A stretch of 64,000 nt of DNA from a candidate division WOR-3 bacterium (GCA_016934535.1 JAFGSQ010000016.1:70685-134684), one strand, 5' to 3'; shown: positions 46,922 to 56,695, counted from the stretch's first letter. Notes: generated from the letters alone by a model not told the origin. Translations and numbers: made by a program.

Positions 46922-47386
46922 TTAAGGTTCAATTCCAAACCAGGAAGCAATCGTGCCTAAATTCTGATCAACCGCGTAGGCGACAAACTCAAGATTGCTC
47001 AAAAGGTCAGTTTTTGTCACTAGATGATAAGGCATTTCGACTTGCATAAAAAGATATCCCTCCTCAGAAAGTCCCAGTTTCAGCTGGTTCATCTGATAGT
47101 TGGCGAGGGCGACTTGTTTGAACGCGTCTGCAGGATAAGACGACGGGACTTCAAAAAGGGGTGTCATGATCAAGACCCATTTATCTTCGACAGTCAGAAT
47201 GCCAATGTTTATTGTTCCTCCCAGACTCGAAGAATAAGGCACGATCCAGGTGTTTTCATCGGGCATTTCATAAAAAATGCTGTCTGACTCAAGCCAGTTT
47301 GAAATCGGATGAGCAAACGACAATACCGGAACAAGTAAAAAGGCAAAGAAAAAAAATTTCATCAGCATCCCTCCTGATTTTTTCAA
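46922..47386 (-). CDS. hypothetical secreted protein (YbjN-like?)
   Basis: It has a signal peptide and is about 150 aa. It bears a weak resemblance to YbjN-type domains. Confidence 0.4.
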   Translation of the reverse strand: MKKSGGMLMKFFFFAFLLVPVLSFAHPISNWLESDSIFYEMPDENTWIVPYSSSLGGTINIGILTVEDKWVLIMTPLFEVPSSYPADAFKQVALANYQMNQLKLGLSEEGYLFMQVEMPYHLVTKTDLLSNLEFVAYAVDQNLGTIASWFGIEP

Positions 47387-47501
47387 GCAGAGTAATTCTC
47401 AAAAACATCAAACGCTACAAGTAACAAATCAATCGTAGTTAGATAATTATCCACAACACGGCGTAACTGTCAATCACAATGAGAGAAAGTCAATTTAAGT
47501 G

Positions 47502-47529
47502 TTGACAATCACATCAAAAAAAAATAAAA
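47502..47529 (+). promoter_or_regulatory. sigma-70-like promoter for tRNA-Val/thrS-infC-rpmI-rplT
   Basis: TTGACA, a 16-nt spacer and TAAAAT end about 17 nt before the tRNA 5' end. Confidence 0.45.
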
Positions 47530-47545
47530 TCCTTTCTTGAAAATA

Positions 47546-47623
47546 CGGGCGGTTAGCTCAGTTTGGTCAGAGCGCTTGCTTGACATGCAAGAGGCCACAG
47601 GTTCAAGTCCTGTATCGCCCACC
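47546..47623 (+). tRNA. tRNA-Val (anticodon GAC), CCA encoded
   Basis: It folds as a cloverleaf: a 7-bp acceptor stem GGGCGGT/ATCGCCC, anticodon loop TTGACAT, TPsiC loop TTCAAGT, and a 3' ACCA. Confidence 0.85.
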
Positions 47624-47653
47624 ATATTATTGCGGTAATCCGCCGTTTGTTCA

Positions 47654-49528
47654 ATGAAATTCAAGGAGATACGCATGAAGGCTTATGAATTATTGAAAAA
47701 AGACAATTACTCGGTTTTCTGCAAAGGAGAACCGGTAGACCTCGACGATGAAATCGCCGAAATAGACTCGTGTTCACCCCTGCCGTTTTCAGACGAAAGA
47801 TGCAGAAAGATTTTCTGGCATTCCTCGTCTCACGTCCTCGCTCAGGCAGTTTTGCGGCTTTTCCCCGGCACCAAACTCGGTGTTGGCCCGGCCGTTGAGG
47901 AAGGATTTTATTACGATTTCATCCCGCCGAAACCGTTCACTCCCGACGATCTTGCGGCCATAGAAAAAGAAATGCAGAAAATAATCTGTGAAAATCTTTT
48001 AGTAAAAAAAACAATGGTCGAGAAAAATGAATTGATAAAAATCTTGAAAAAGCAAGGGCAGGATCTGAAAATTGAACTCATCGATGAACTGGAAGGTCCG
48101 CTCAGTTATTATTCTCAGGGTGATTTCTTCGATCTTTGCAAGGGACCCCACTTGAGATCGACCGGATTCGTGGGGTACGTTAAGGTTCTCAGCGTCGCCG
48201 CGGCGTATTGGAAAGGCGACGAAAAAAATCTTTCGATGCAGAGAGTGTACGCAGTTGCTTTCCCGACAAAAGAACTTCTCGATGAACATCTTGAAAAGCT
48301 CGAGCAGGCGAAGCTCAGAGACCACAGAAAAATCGGAAAAGTCATGAACGTATTCAGCATAGAAGAAGAAGGAGGACAGGGACTGATCTACTGGCACGAA
48401 GCTGGAAGCGTAATAAGGGAAGAAATTGAAAACCTCTGGATAAACGAGCACAGGAGGCGCGGATACGGTTTTGTCAGGACTCCTCACATTGCAAGATCGG
48501 AATTGTGGAGACAATCGGGCCATCTCGATTATTACAGTGAAAACATGTTTTTCGTCGAAGACGGAGAATTCGTTTTAAAACCGATGAACTGTCCTGAACA
48601 TATTCTCATATTCAAAAAGAACAAGAAAAGCTACAAAGATCTTCCCTACAAAATGGCCGAACTGGGAACAGTATACAGAAAAGAAAGGTCCGGAGTGCTC
48701 CACGGAATGCTGAGGGTCAGAGGATTCACTCAGGATGACGCTCACATTTTCTGTACCGCCGATCAGATAGAACATGAAATAACCGGTGTTCTCAATCTGG
48801 CTCTCGGCTGGATAGAAAGATTCGGGTACGAAAAGTATTCGATCGAACTCAGTTTGAGGGATCCTTCGGAGACCGGGAAGTACGCGGGTGATGACCAGAG
48901 CTGGCAGATAGCTGAATCTGCACTCAAGACCGCCCTCGAAAAAAACGGCCTACCGTTCAAGGATATGCCCGGAGAAGCAGTTTTTTACGGCCCAAAAATT
49001 GATTTCAAACTGTTCGACGCCATAGGAAGATCATGGCAGGGGACCACCATACAGCTTGATTTCAACCTACCTAAAAGATTCAACCTCGTCTATATCGATT
49101 CGGAGGGCAAAGAACAGACGGTCATAATGATTCACCGTGCCATAATGGGATCTGTGGAGAGGTTCATCGGAGGTCTGATAGAACACTATTCGGGAAGATT
49201 CCCCTTCTGGCTTTCTCCGGAGCAGGTCAGGGTCATACCGATAACTCAGGATCAGCACGCCGCCGCTTTCGATCTTGTGAAATTGATGGAAAAAAACGGG
49301 ATCAGAAGTTCCGCTGACACGAGAAATGAAAAGATAGGTCACAAGATCAGAGACGCCGAAACTTCTCACGTCCCATTCATGGCTGTAATCGGCAAGAAGG
49401 AAATTCAGTCCGGATCCGTTTCTCTGAGAGAATCTCAGGGAAAAGAAATAGGCTTGCTGTCTTGCCAATCCCTGATAGAATTATCTATTGAACGCATTAA
49501 AGAGGGCAGAGCAAACTTAAAAAAATAA
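47654..49528 (+). CDS. thrS: threonine--tRNA ligase
   Basis: It has an N2 editing domain (HSSSHVLAQA), a class-II catalytic core and an anticodon-binding domain. Confidence 0.9.
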   Translation: MKFKEIRMKAYELLKKDNYSVFCKGEPVDLDDEIAEIDSCSPLPFSDERCRKIFWHSSSHVLAQAVLRLFPGTKLGVGPAVEEGFYYDFIPPKPFTPDDLAAIEKEMQKIICENLLVKKTMVEKNELIKILKKQGQDLKIELIDELEGPLSYYSQGDFFDLCKGPHLRSTGFVGYVKVLSVAAAYWKGDEKNLSMQRVYAVAFPTKELLDEHLEKLEQAKLRDHRKIGKVMNVFSIEEEGGQGLIYWHEAGSVIREEIENLWINEHRRRGYGFVRTPHIARSELWRQSGHLDYYSENMFFVEDGEFVLKPMNCPEHILIFKKNKKSYKDLPYKMAELGTVYRKERSGVLHGMLRVRGFTQDDAHIFCTADQIEHEITGVLNLALGWIERFGYEKYSIELSLRDPSETGKYAGDDQSWQIAESALKTALEKNGLPFKDMPGEAVFYGPKIDFKLFDAIGRSWQGTTIQLDFNLPKRFNLVYIDSEGKEQTVIMIHRAIMGSVERFIGGLIEHYSGRFPFWLSPEQVRVIPITQDQHAAAFDLVKLMEKNGIRSSADTRNEKIGHKIRDAETSHVPFMAVIGKKEIQSGSVSLRESQGKEIGLLSCQSLIELSIERIKEGRANLKK

Positions 49529-49535
49529 GGAGGTC

Positions 49536-50135
49536 ATTATCACGTCTTCGCCGAGAGGTTATAAAAGTGTTCAGGTCAATCATTCAATAAAGAGCCCGAC
49601 AGTGAGAGTTGTAGACGAAAACGGGAAATATGTGGGCATTATGGACATCAAAACAGCCGTCGACACCGCCATTGAAAGAGGCTACGATCTTGTGATGATA
49701 TCCGAAGCGGCCACTCCCCCCGTCTGCAAAATAATCGATTTCGGGAAATTCAAGTTTGACGAAAAAAAGAAACTCAAAGAAGCACAGCACAAACAGACAA
49801 CGATAAAAGTCAAAGAACTGAGGATGAGACCGGGAATAGACGAACACGACTATAAAGTAAAACTTGAAAAAGCCAAGTCCTTTCTCTCTCAGGGTAAAGA
49901 CGGGAAACAGACAAAATCCCCCCTATCTAACAAGAAAAACAAAGTGAAATTTATAGTCCGGCTTTTCGGACGAGAAATGGCTCACTCTGAACTCGGAATG
50001 GCCGTTCTTAATAAATTCATCGAGGATCTAAACGAAATTGGTACAGTTGAACAAAATCCGATTCAGGAAGGCCGGGTAATCAGCATGATTATCTCGCCTA
50101 AAAAAATGGAGGGCAAACAAAATGCCAAAAATTAA
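49536..50135 (+). CDS. infC: translation initiation factor IF-3 (probable non-AUG start)
   Basis: It is IF-3 N- and C-domains throughout (PPVCKIIDFGKFKF). The in-frame region upstream of the GTG at 49602 (QVNHSIKSPTVRVVDENG) aligns with the IF-3 N-terminus. A candidate ATT/ATC start lies just after AAGGAGG. Confidence 0.75.
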   Translation: MITSSPRGYKSVQVNHSIKSPTVRVVDENGKYVGIMDIKTAVDTAIERGYDLVMISEAATPPVCKIIDFGKFKFDEKKKLKEAQHKQTTIKVKELRMRPGIDEHDYKVKLEKAKSFLSQGKDGKQTKSPLSNKKNKVKFIVRLFGREMAHSELGMAVLNKFIEDLNEIGTVEQNPIQEGRVISMIISPKKMEGKQNAKN

Positions 50136-50319
50136 AACCAACAAATCTGCAGCAAAAAGGCTTAAAGTCACAAAAAACGGTAAAATAAAAAGATGGCAAT
50201 CGTTCACTGGGCATCTGAAAACGGGTAAAACCGCAGGCAGAAGAAGAAAACTCAGATCGTCAACTCTTGTTTCAAAGGCCAATCTCGCCAAAACAAAAAT
50301 GCTAATACCATACGCTTGA
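50122..50319 (+). CDS. rpmI: 50S ribosomal protein L35
   Basis: MPKIKTNKSAAKRLKVTKNGKIKR matches L35. Confidence 0.9.
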   Translation: MPKIKTNKSAAKRLKVTKNGKIKRWQSFTGHLKTGKTAGRRRKLRSSTLVSKANLAKTKMLIPYA

Positions 50320-50331
50320 GGAGGAAAGGAC

Positions 50332-50688
50332 ATGCCACGCGCAACAAACAATCCCGCATCGCGGTCGAGACATAAAAAAATACTGAAACTCGCGAAAGGT
50401 TTTTACGGAGTAAGGCATTCGAGGTTCAAATCAGCCAATCAAGCGGTGATGAGGGCTGGAATAAACGCCTTCGCAGACAGAAGAAAGAAAAAAAGAGATT
50501 TCAGAAGGCTCTGGATAACGAGAATATCCGCTTCCTGCCAGAACGAAGGCATCTCGTACTCGAAATTCATGTGCGGTTTGAGCAAAGCGGGTATTCAGGT
50601 GAACCGCAAGATAATTGCCGAAATCGCGGCGAAAGATTATGAAGCCTTCAGCGATCTGGTTAAAATCGCTCAAAAATCCCTTTCTTAG
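50332..50688 (+). CDS. rplT: 50S ribosomal protein L20
   Basis: The L20 pattern is present (RSRHKKILKLAKGFYG). Confidence 0.9.
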   Translation: MPRATNNPASRSRHKKILKLAKGFYGVRHSRFKSANQAVMRAGINAFADRRKKKRDFRRLWITRISASCQNEGISYSKFMCGLSKAGIQVNRKIIAEIAAKDYEAFSDLVKIAQKSLS

Positions 50689-51403
50689 GGCAACGGCTCT
50701 CTCAGCGCTGTTATTTTTTTCGGCGCCGTCCTGCTCGAAGGGAAAAACCGAAGATATTCTTTCCCAACCTGGCAATATCCAAAGATGGGCTAAGGGTCAA
50801 TGGAGCGAATACGAAATTCACAAGGGCGATAAAGAGTTCGTAGTCAGATATACAATCATCGGAAAAGACGACGCCGACACCGGGCTTTTCTGGATAGAGT
50901 CCGTCGTCAAAACACCTGAAGATTCATTTCTCTGGCAGGCGCTCGTTCCGGAGTATTTCATGGGTAATCCGAAAGAACTTGTCATTGTCGATTTGACTCA
51001 AAGCAGACTCGAAGCTCTCGCCATTCCGCTGGGGAAAAAATGCAACACGGATTTTCTAATAGGCTCTTTTGATCCTGAAAATTTAAAGAGACTCGGTTTC
51101 GAAACGGACTTCATAAATACTCCGGCGGGTAAATTCTATTCTCTTCATTGTCAGCTGATGATTGAAGACAAACCCGCGAGCGTATGGATAAGCAGTAAAG
51201 CTCCTATTTTCGGACTTATCACCTGGGAATCACAAAATGAGGTAAGGACTTTGATCAATTTCGGATACGACGGTAAATCTGTTCTTCCTCCCGACATAGT
51301 CAGAATGCAGATAGGACCTGCCGATTTTTCCAAACCCGTTTTCAGGAACAATCTGGTTACTTTCGTCAGCGACACAACCGGCTCAGTCGGAGATTCTCTT
51401 TGA
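50639..51403 (+). CDS. hypothetical secreted/lipoprotein
   Basis: It has a signal peptide with a lipobox (FSAPSCS). The start is uncertain because the ORF overlaps the rplT 3' end. Confidence 0.45.
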   Translation: MKPSAIWLKSLKNPFLRATALSALLFFSAPSCSKGKTEDILSQPGNIQRWAKGQWSEYEIHKGDKEFVVRYTIIGKDDADTGLFWIESVVKTPEDSFLWQALVPEYFMGNPKELVIVDLTQSRLEALAIPLGKKCNTDFLIGSFDPENLKRLGFETDFINTPAGKFYSLHCQLMIEDKPASVWISSKAPIFGLITWESQNEVRTLINFGYDGKSVLPPDIVRMQIGPADFSKPVFRNNLVTFVSDTTGSVGDSL

Positions 51404-51439
51404 CGGCAGTTTCCTACTCAAAAGTCAACTGGAGGTTTC

Positions 51440-51748
51440 ATGAACGGGGATAAACTTTCTCTGATTTCAGAAAAAATCGAACATCTTATTAGGAAGATTG
51501 AGTATCTGAAAAAGGAAAATGAGGCATTCAGGATAAAAGTAAATGAATCGGAAATAGACGAAAAATCACTCTACGCGAAGATCGATGAACTTGAAAACGA
51601 AATCAGCGCTCTGAAAACAACAGTCGAAGAAAAATCCGAAAAACTTCAATACCTGACCGGAAAAAACGACGAATTGACTGAAGCGGTGCAAAAAACTTCG
51701 GCCGTAATTGACGAAGTGCTTTTGAAACTCGAAGGAATTTCCGAATGA
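51440..51748 (+). CDS. coiled-coil protein, possibly ZapB-like cell-division factor
   Basis: It is 102 aa and almost entirely heptad coiled coil. It sits directly upstream of zapA. Confidence 0.4.
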   Translation: MNGDKLSLISEKIEHLIRKIEYLKKENEAFRIKVNESEIDEKSLYAKIDELENEISALKTTVEEKSEKLQYLTGKNDELTEAVQKTSAVIDEVLLKLEGISE

Positions 51749-51803
51749 AAAGGATTGACAGTTTATTTAGAAGCTTTATTATTTCGCCGTTTCCGGAGCC
51801 AAA

Positions 51804-52082
51804 ATGGACGACGGCGTCATAGAAACTGTCATTGACGGCAAAAAAATATCGCTAAAAGTTACCGAAAATCTGGACGTCGTAAAAAAGGCCATTGAAACAG
51901 TCAGAAAAGAACTCGCAGAAATAAAAAACGGTTCTCCCTCTCCAATATCCCGCGAAGATGCTTTCCTGCTCACAGCTCTCAACATCGCAGGCTATCTCAT
52001 CAAGGAAAGATCCCGGGAATTAAGTCAGATCGAAGAATTAAGCCCTGAACTGCTGGAAAAAATAGAAAAGGCTATCGGCTGA
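51804..52082 (+). CDS. zapA: cell division protein ZapA
   Basis: The N-terminal beta region (VIDGKKISLKV) and the LLTALNIAGYL helix are typical of ZapA. Confidence 0.65.
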   Translation: MDDGVIETVIDGKKISLKVTENLDVVKKAIETVRKELAEIKNGSPSPISREDAFLLTALNIAGYLIKERSRELSQIEELSPELLEKIEKAIG

Positions 52083-52083
52083 T

Positions 52084-52887
52084 TTATAAATAAGCTCTTT
52101 CGACATGTTTTATTTGTTCTCCCAGAAATCTTTCGGCTAATCCTATGAAGTTGGGCGGAATATCGCTCAGGAAAAATTTTTCCCATCCTTCTGATTTCTG
52201 CTCCGATAATATTTCATTGCTTTCGAGAGTCGCTTTCAAAAGAGACGAGACCTCATCAGCCGAGTCCACAAGTGAAACATGAGGACCGACCGCTTCTTTT
52301 ATTGTGTTTTTCAAAAGAGGATAATGAGTGCATCCAAGTACGAGCGTGTCTATATCATTGGCAGAGAGAGGCGACAGATATTGTCTCGCGGCAATCAGTG
52401 CCAGTTCAGTGTTCTCCCACCCCTCTTCTACTATAGGAACGAAAAGAGGGCACGCCTGTGTGAAAACCTTAACAGCGGAATCATTCTTTCTGATATGTTC
52501 CGTGTAAGCGCCGCTCGATATCGTCGCCGAAGTTCCTATCACACCGACCCTCGAGTTTGAAGTTTTACGGCAAGCCGCTTTAGCACCGGGTTCCAGCACT
52601 CCGATTATCGGGACACTGTAACTGCCTGAAATCTTGTCCAGTGCTATTGCCGAGACAGTATTGCAGGCGGCGATTATCACCTTTACGTCTTTAGAAAGAA
52701 GAAAGCCGACATCCTCCTGGGCAAATCTCATGATTGCCTCTCTCGACTTTGTTCCGTAAGGAACCCTTGCGGTGTCGCCGAAATAAATAATGTTTTCAGC
52801 CTTCAAAGCCTTTCTGACAGCTTTGACGACAGTTAGACCGCCCACTCCCGAATCGAATATGCCGATGGGTTTGTCTTTTATTCCCAC
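52084..52887 (-). CDS. murI: glutamate racemase
   Basis: It has [13 protein letters not shown] and the catalytic Cys motifs (AACNT, LGCTHYP). Confidence 0.9.
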   Translation of the reverse strand: MGIKDKPIGIFDSGVGGLTVVKAVRKALKAENIIYFGDTARVPYGTKSREAIMRFAQEDVGFLLSKDVKVIIAACNTVSAIALDKISGSYSVPIIGVLEPGAKAACRKTSNSRVGVIGTSATISSGAYTEHIRKNDSAVKVFTQACPLFVPIVEEGWENTELALIAARQYLSPLSANDIDTLVLGCTHYPLLKNTIKEAVGPHVSLVDSADEVSSLLKATLESNEILSEQKSEGWEKFFLSDIPPNFIGLAERFLGEQIKHVERAYL

Positions 52888-53333
52888 TTTTTTCTCCTTA
52901 TGTCTCTTTCTACATCAGCTTTTTTTATGGCTTCCCTCTTATCGTACAATTTTTTTCCTCTCGCGACGCCTATTTCGATTTTGACCATGTTTTTCGTGTT
53001 GAAATATATCATGAGCGGAACGGCTGTCAGGCCCTCCTGCTCTATTTTGGCTTTCAGTCTGAATATCTCTTTTCTGTTCAGGAGAAGTTTTCTTTTTCTC
53101 ATGGGGTCCGGGACATAAGCGGATGATTTATCATAAACAGGTATAAGAACCGCCAGCAGATAGGCTTCCCCATCAATTATCCTCACGTAGCCTTCTCCGA
53201 GACTGCACGATCCTTCCCTGAGCGATTTTACTTCGGATCCTACGAGAGCTATTCCAGCTTCTATTTTATTCATAATAGTGTAATCGTGATATGCTCGTCT
53301 GTTTTTAGATATGATTTTTTTAACTTCACTCAT
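52878..53333 (-). CDS. smpB: SsrA-binding protein
   Basis: It has [10 protein letters not shown] and is SmpB throughout. Confidence 0.9.
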   Translation of the reverse strand: MSEVKKIISKNRRAYHDYTIMNKIEAGIALVGSEVKSLREGSCSLGEGYVRIIDGEAYLLAVLIPVYDKSSAYVPDPMRKRKLLLNRKEIFRLKAKIEQEGLTAVPLMIYFNTKNMVKIEIGVARGKKLYDKREAIKKADVERDIRRKKWE

Positions 53334-53601
53334 CGTTTTTTTCTTTTTTCCTGTATATAACTATTTTTCTGCCTATTACGCGTACTATTTCCGAAGAAGT
53401 TTTGGCAGATATCTCTTCGGCGGCTGTTTTGAGTTCTATCAGAGAATTCTTGTTTATCTCGATTTTGACCAATTCACGGGCGCTGAGAGCTTTCCCGATT
53501 TCTGTTATCAAAATTTCCGTGATGCCGGATTTACCGATACTGAAGATCGGTTTAAATTTTGATGCCGCCGAGATCAAATTCTTTCTTGTTTTCGCGTCCA
53601 T
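53326..53601 (-). CDS. CRM-domain RNA-binding protein YhbY
   Basis: It is about 90 aa with the GKSGITE motif of YhbY/CRS1. Confidence 0.7.
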   Translation of the reverse strand: MDAKTRKNLISAASKFKPIFSIGKSGITEILITEIGKALSARELVKIEINKNSLIELKTAAEEISAKTSSEIVRVIGRKIVIYRKKEKNDE

Positions 53602-53621
53602 CGATCAATCCTTCAAAGTTG

Positions 53622-54941
53622 TCACTTCAGATGGTTTTGCAAGTAAAGGTAATTAGGCGTCAGTCGGCCCCTGTGGGTTATTACTGCGTTCTTTATCTCG
53701 CCAGGCAATTCGAGGTTTTCAAAAGGAAGGTTAAAATCAGCTTCCGCGATTTCAGGAATAAACTTCATAAGAACACGGCTGAAAAAATTCGACGATTCGA
53801 GCGGAAGCTCGCTCGGAAGTATATCAACTGCGAGGATAACTATTCCTTCGCCTTCTATACCGTCAGAAATGTTCCCGTCGGAAGGGTTGTATACAAAAAC
53901 AGGATCGCCCGGACCTGTTGTTTTAACAGTTATCTCCACTCCACCGGCTATGTCGCAACTGACATCTCCTATCACTTTTAGTTTTCTGGATCCTGATTTC
54001 CAAAGCCTTTTGGCATTTTCTGACGTAAAAGTTCTGGGATATCTATCGTCCCAATAACTTCCGTTTACGAGCACCGATATTTCTCCGGAATATTTTTCGA
54101 AAACACATTCGTACTGTCCGGGATTTTCGTAATAATGATTCAGATCGAATTTAATCTTCGGATCTTTTCTGACAAAAAGATCCTCTTCCCTGAAAACCGT
54201 CTTGTAAACGTTACGCCTGGAATAATCTGCCGACGAGAGTTTCAGGAGTTCTTCCGGCGAAATTGATACGACGGGAAGAAGATCGAAAATTTCCTGAGCT
54301 CCCGACGAAACATTTCCATAACCCGTAAACGCTACCGTCAAAGGAGATATTATCTCCGGCAAACCGTCTTTTTTTATGGCTTCTCCGGCAAGTTTGACGT
54401 CGTTTTTAACTTCCTCAAGGTCTTTGTATTCCAACGCTCTTTTTATATTCCTGAAAGGAGTGCTTATCCCTTCGTATGAAAGCCTCTTTCCAAGAGCCCA
54501 CAAAGTGTCAATCGCACCGGCGAGTCCGGCGTATCTTCCAAAAAAGATGAGTCTTTTACCCTGATCGTCCTTTATGGTTTCGTAGTCAATCAGGGTTATG
54601 TTTTTCTTCAGTATTTCTTTGAGCATTTCCATGTTGTACTTCTGCCCTTTGATTACGTGGGCGAAAAACATGTAAACTTTTTCTTCAAGGAGATATTCAG
54701 GCTTGACTTCCTTTATCCCGAGGATCAGATCCGCTTCTATACCTGTGAAGTTATCTACCGATTCGGCTCCTACCTTCTCGTATTCTTCAACAGGGATAAT
54801 CCTGTCCCGCGATTTTTCGACAAAAACCTTCAATCCTGATTCGATCAGTTTTTTTACGTCGTTTGGCACGATAGGGCTTCTCTTTTCAAAAGGTCCCTTG
54901 TTCTCTCTTCTGATGCCGATTTTTTTCATATCATTCTCCAA
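53622..54941 (-). CDS. saccharopine dehydrogenase (L-lysine-forming) / lysine-ketoglutarate reductase family protein (AlaDH/PNT fold)
   Basis: The N-terminus is GIRRENKGPFEKRSPIVP, followed by ADLILGIK and RLIFFGRYAGLAGAIDTL. This is collinear with LKR domains. Confidence 0.55.
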   Translation of the reverse strand: MENDMKKIGIRRENKGPFEKRSPIVPNDVKKLIESGLKVFVEKSRDRIIPVEEYEKVGAESVDNFTGIEADLILGIKEVKPEYLLEEKVYMFFAHVIKGQKYNMEMLKEILKKNITLIDYETIKDDQGKRLIFFGRYAGLAGAIDTLWALGKRLSYEGISTPFRNIKRALEYKDLEEVKNDVKLAGEAIKKDGLPEIISPLTVAFTGYGNVSSGAQEIFDLLPVVSISPEELLKLSSADYSRRNVYKTVFREEDLFVRKDPKIKFDLNHYYENPGQYECVFEKYSGEISVLVNGSYWDDRYPRTFTSENAKRLWKSGSRKLKVIGDVSCDIAGGVEITVKTTGPGDPVFVYNPSDGNISDGIEGEGIVILAVDILPSELPLESSNFFSRVLMKFIPEIAEADFNLPFENLELPGEIKNAVITHRGRLTPNYLYLQNHLK

Positions 54942-55565
54942 TCAATTTAATCTCATTGCAAAGTCCTCAGGTATCCAGCCTTCGAGGCTTCCGAAATCAA
55001 CCTTCAACCAGATCCCTCTTTCATCCTTAAATTCAACAACGTCTCCGGGTTCAAGTTCCAGAGGATATGAAGAACCGTAAAGAGGCTGCTCTCTCAGGGG
55101 AATTTTTGACAATATAAAAGCTTTTTCCGTTCGGTGAATTCTATCGAGTTTACTTGAAGTTAAAAAAAACGGCAGGCTCAAAGTGAACACCAAAGCGGTG
55201 GCGATGGTGAGGTTTTTTCTCTGTTTGAAAAGGTTTGCAAGCGCGATCACGGAAGCCGAAACGACTAAAACCAGACCCGCCCACTTAAAAAGAGGTCTGA
55301 ACGGCAGAAAATAATACTCGGGTCTGATAATCAATTTTTTCCCGATTTTATCGTAGGATTTTTCAAGCGCGGACCTGGTTTCGCGATCGAATGGATTTCT
55401 CATAAAAACAGCGTAAAAATAACCCGCGGCTCTCTCGTAATCGCCGGAGTTGTACAACCGTGAACCTTCGGTGTACAAATTATTCTCTGTGCTCATCCGG
55501 ATGTGATCCGCACCGGTTCGTACGGTAAAAACGAAACTGCTAACAAATATAAATATTACAGTCAT
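54942..55565 (-). CDS. hypothetical membrane protein
   Basis: It has two TM segments and a TPR-like helical stretch. I recognise no family. Confidence 0.4.
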   Translation of the reverse strand: MTVIFIFVSSFVFTVRTGADHIRMSTENNLYTEGSRLYNSGDYERAAGYFYAVFMRNPFDRETRSALEKSYDKIGKKLIIRPEYYFLPFRPLFKWAGLVLVVSASVIALANLFKQRKNLTIATALVFTLSLPFFLTSSKLDRIHRTEKAFILSKIPLREQPLYGSSYPLELEPGDVVEFKDERGIWLKVDFGSLEGWIPEDFAMRLN

Positions 55566-55660
55566 TTCTTCTCTTTCATTATTGTGTAATCAGGTCCTTG
55601 GAAACACAGGCATTATATAGGAATTGACTCTTTAAATCCATCACAAAGAACTATAAACGC

Positions 55661-56686
55661 TTGTCTGAAAAGAACAAGTGGTATAAAATTCAAAACATGG
55701 ATTTTAACCGAGCAAGTCAAATATCCGGCGGCTTTTCCGGAAAAGCGGTTGTCGTAATAGGCGACGTCATGCTTGACGAGTATATCTGGGGCAATGTCGA
55801 CAGGATATCTCCCGAAGCTCCCGTCCCAGTTGTCGATGTAGTGAAAGAATCATACCAGCTGGGCGGAGCGGCAAATGTCGCTCATAACTTAAAAGCCCTC
55901 GGCGCCGAGGTTATTCCTGTCGGAACGATAGGCCGTGACACGGCGGGAGAAAAGCTAGCGGAAATTTTGGCATCTCTATCAATATCCTGCGACGGAATTT
56001 TTAGAGAAAAAGACAGAAACACAACTCAGAAAACAAGAATAATTGCCCACTCTCAGCAAGTCGTAAGAGTTGACAGAGAGAAAAGATCGGCCATAACACG
56101 AAGCACTTCCGAAGCTGTAATCGGATTTGTCGAAAAAACAATACCGCGTTGTGATGCTGTTTTGTTTGAGGATTACGACAAAGGACTTCTCGGAGGCGAA
56201 CTGGTGAAAATCATTTTAAACGTCGCTTCTTCAAATTTGAAACCTGTATTCGTCGATCCGAAATTCGACAATTTTTTTGAATACAGAAACGTTAAATTAT
56301 TCAAGCCGAACCAGAAAGAATTGTCGAAAGCAACCGGCTTGAAATGCTCGACGGAGGAAGAAATCCGGATAGCAGTGTCGGTCGTCATAGACAGAATCGG
56401 ATGTGATTTTCTTCTACTGACTTTGGGTGAAAAAGGAATGCGTGTCTTTTTCAGGGACAAAAGAGAACCCCTGATAATACCGACCAAAGCGAGAGAAGTT
56501 TACGACGTCAGCGGCGCTGGGGACACAGTGATAAGCGCCGTATGCCTTTCTCTTCTATCCGGAGCGGACATCGAAGAATCAGCCGTCATCGGAAGCCACG
56601 CAGCCGCTGTCCAGCTGAAAAAGATCGGCGCGCAAACCGTCAATGTTAATGAGATTCTGGAAAGTTTTAAAAAACACGAAGATTAA
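55661..56686 (+). CDS. hldA: D-glycero-beta-D-manno-heptose 7-phosphate kinase (RfaE domain I / HldA)
   Basis: It is a PfkB-family sugar kinase with the RfaE-I N-terminus (KAVVVIGDVMLDEYIWG..ISPEAPVPVV). Confidence 0.8.
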   Translation: MSEKNKWYKIQNMDFNRASQISGGFSGKAVVVIGDVMLDEYIWGNVDRISPEAPVPVVDVVKESYQLGGAANVAHNLKALGAEVIPVGTIGRDTAGEKLAEILASLSISCDGIFREKDRNTTQKTRIIAHSQQVVRVDREKRSAITRSTSEAVIGFVEKTIPRCDAVLFEDYDKGLLGGELVKIILNVASSNLKPVFVDPKFDNFFEYRNVKLFKPNQKELSKATGLKCSTEEEIRIAVSVVIDRIGCDFLLLTLGEKGMRVFFRDKREPLIIPTKAREVYDVSGAGDTVISAVCLSLLSGADIEESAVIGSHAAAVQLKKIGAQTVNVNEILESFKKHED

Positions 56687-56695
56687 AACACCAAG

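Noticed and set aside
47447-47455. Perfect DnaA box TTATCCACA as a possible replication origin
   Set aside because: It is a single box. There is no dnaA/dnaN gene, no cluster of boxes and no DUE-like AT-rich unwinding element, so it is more likely a regulatory site or chance.
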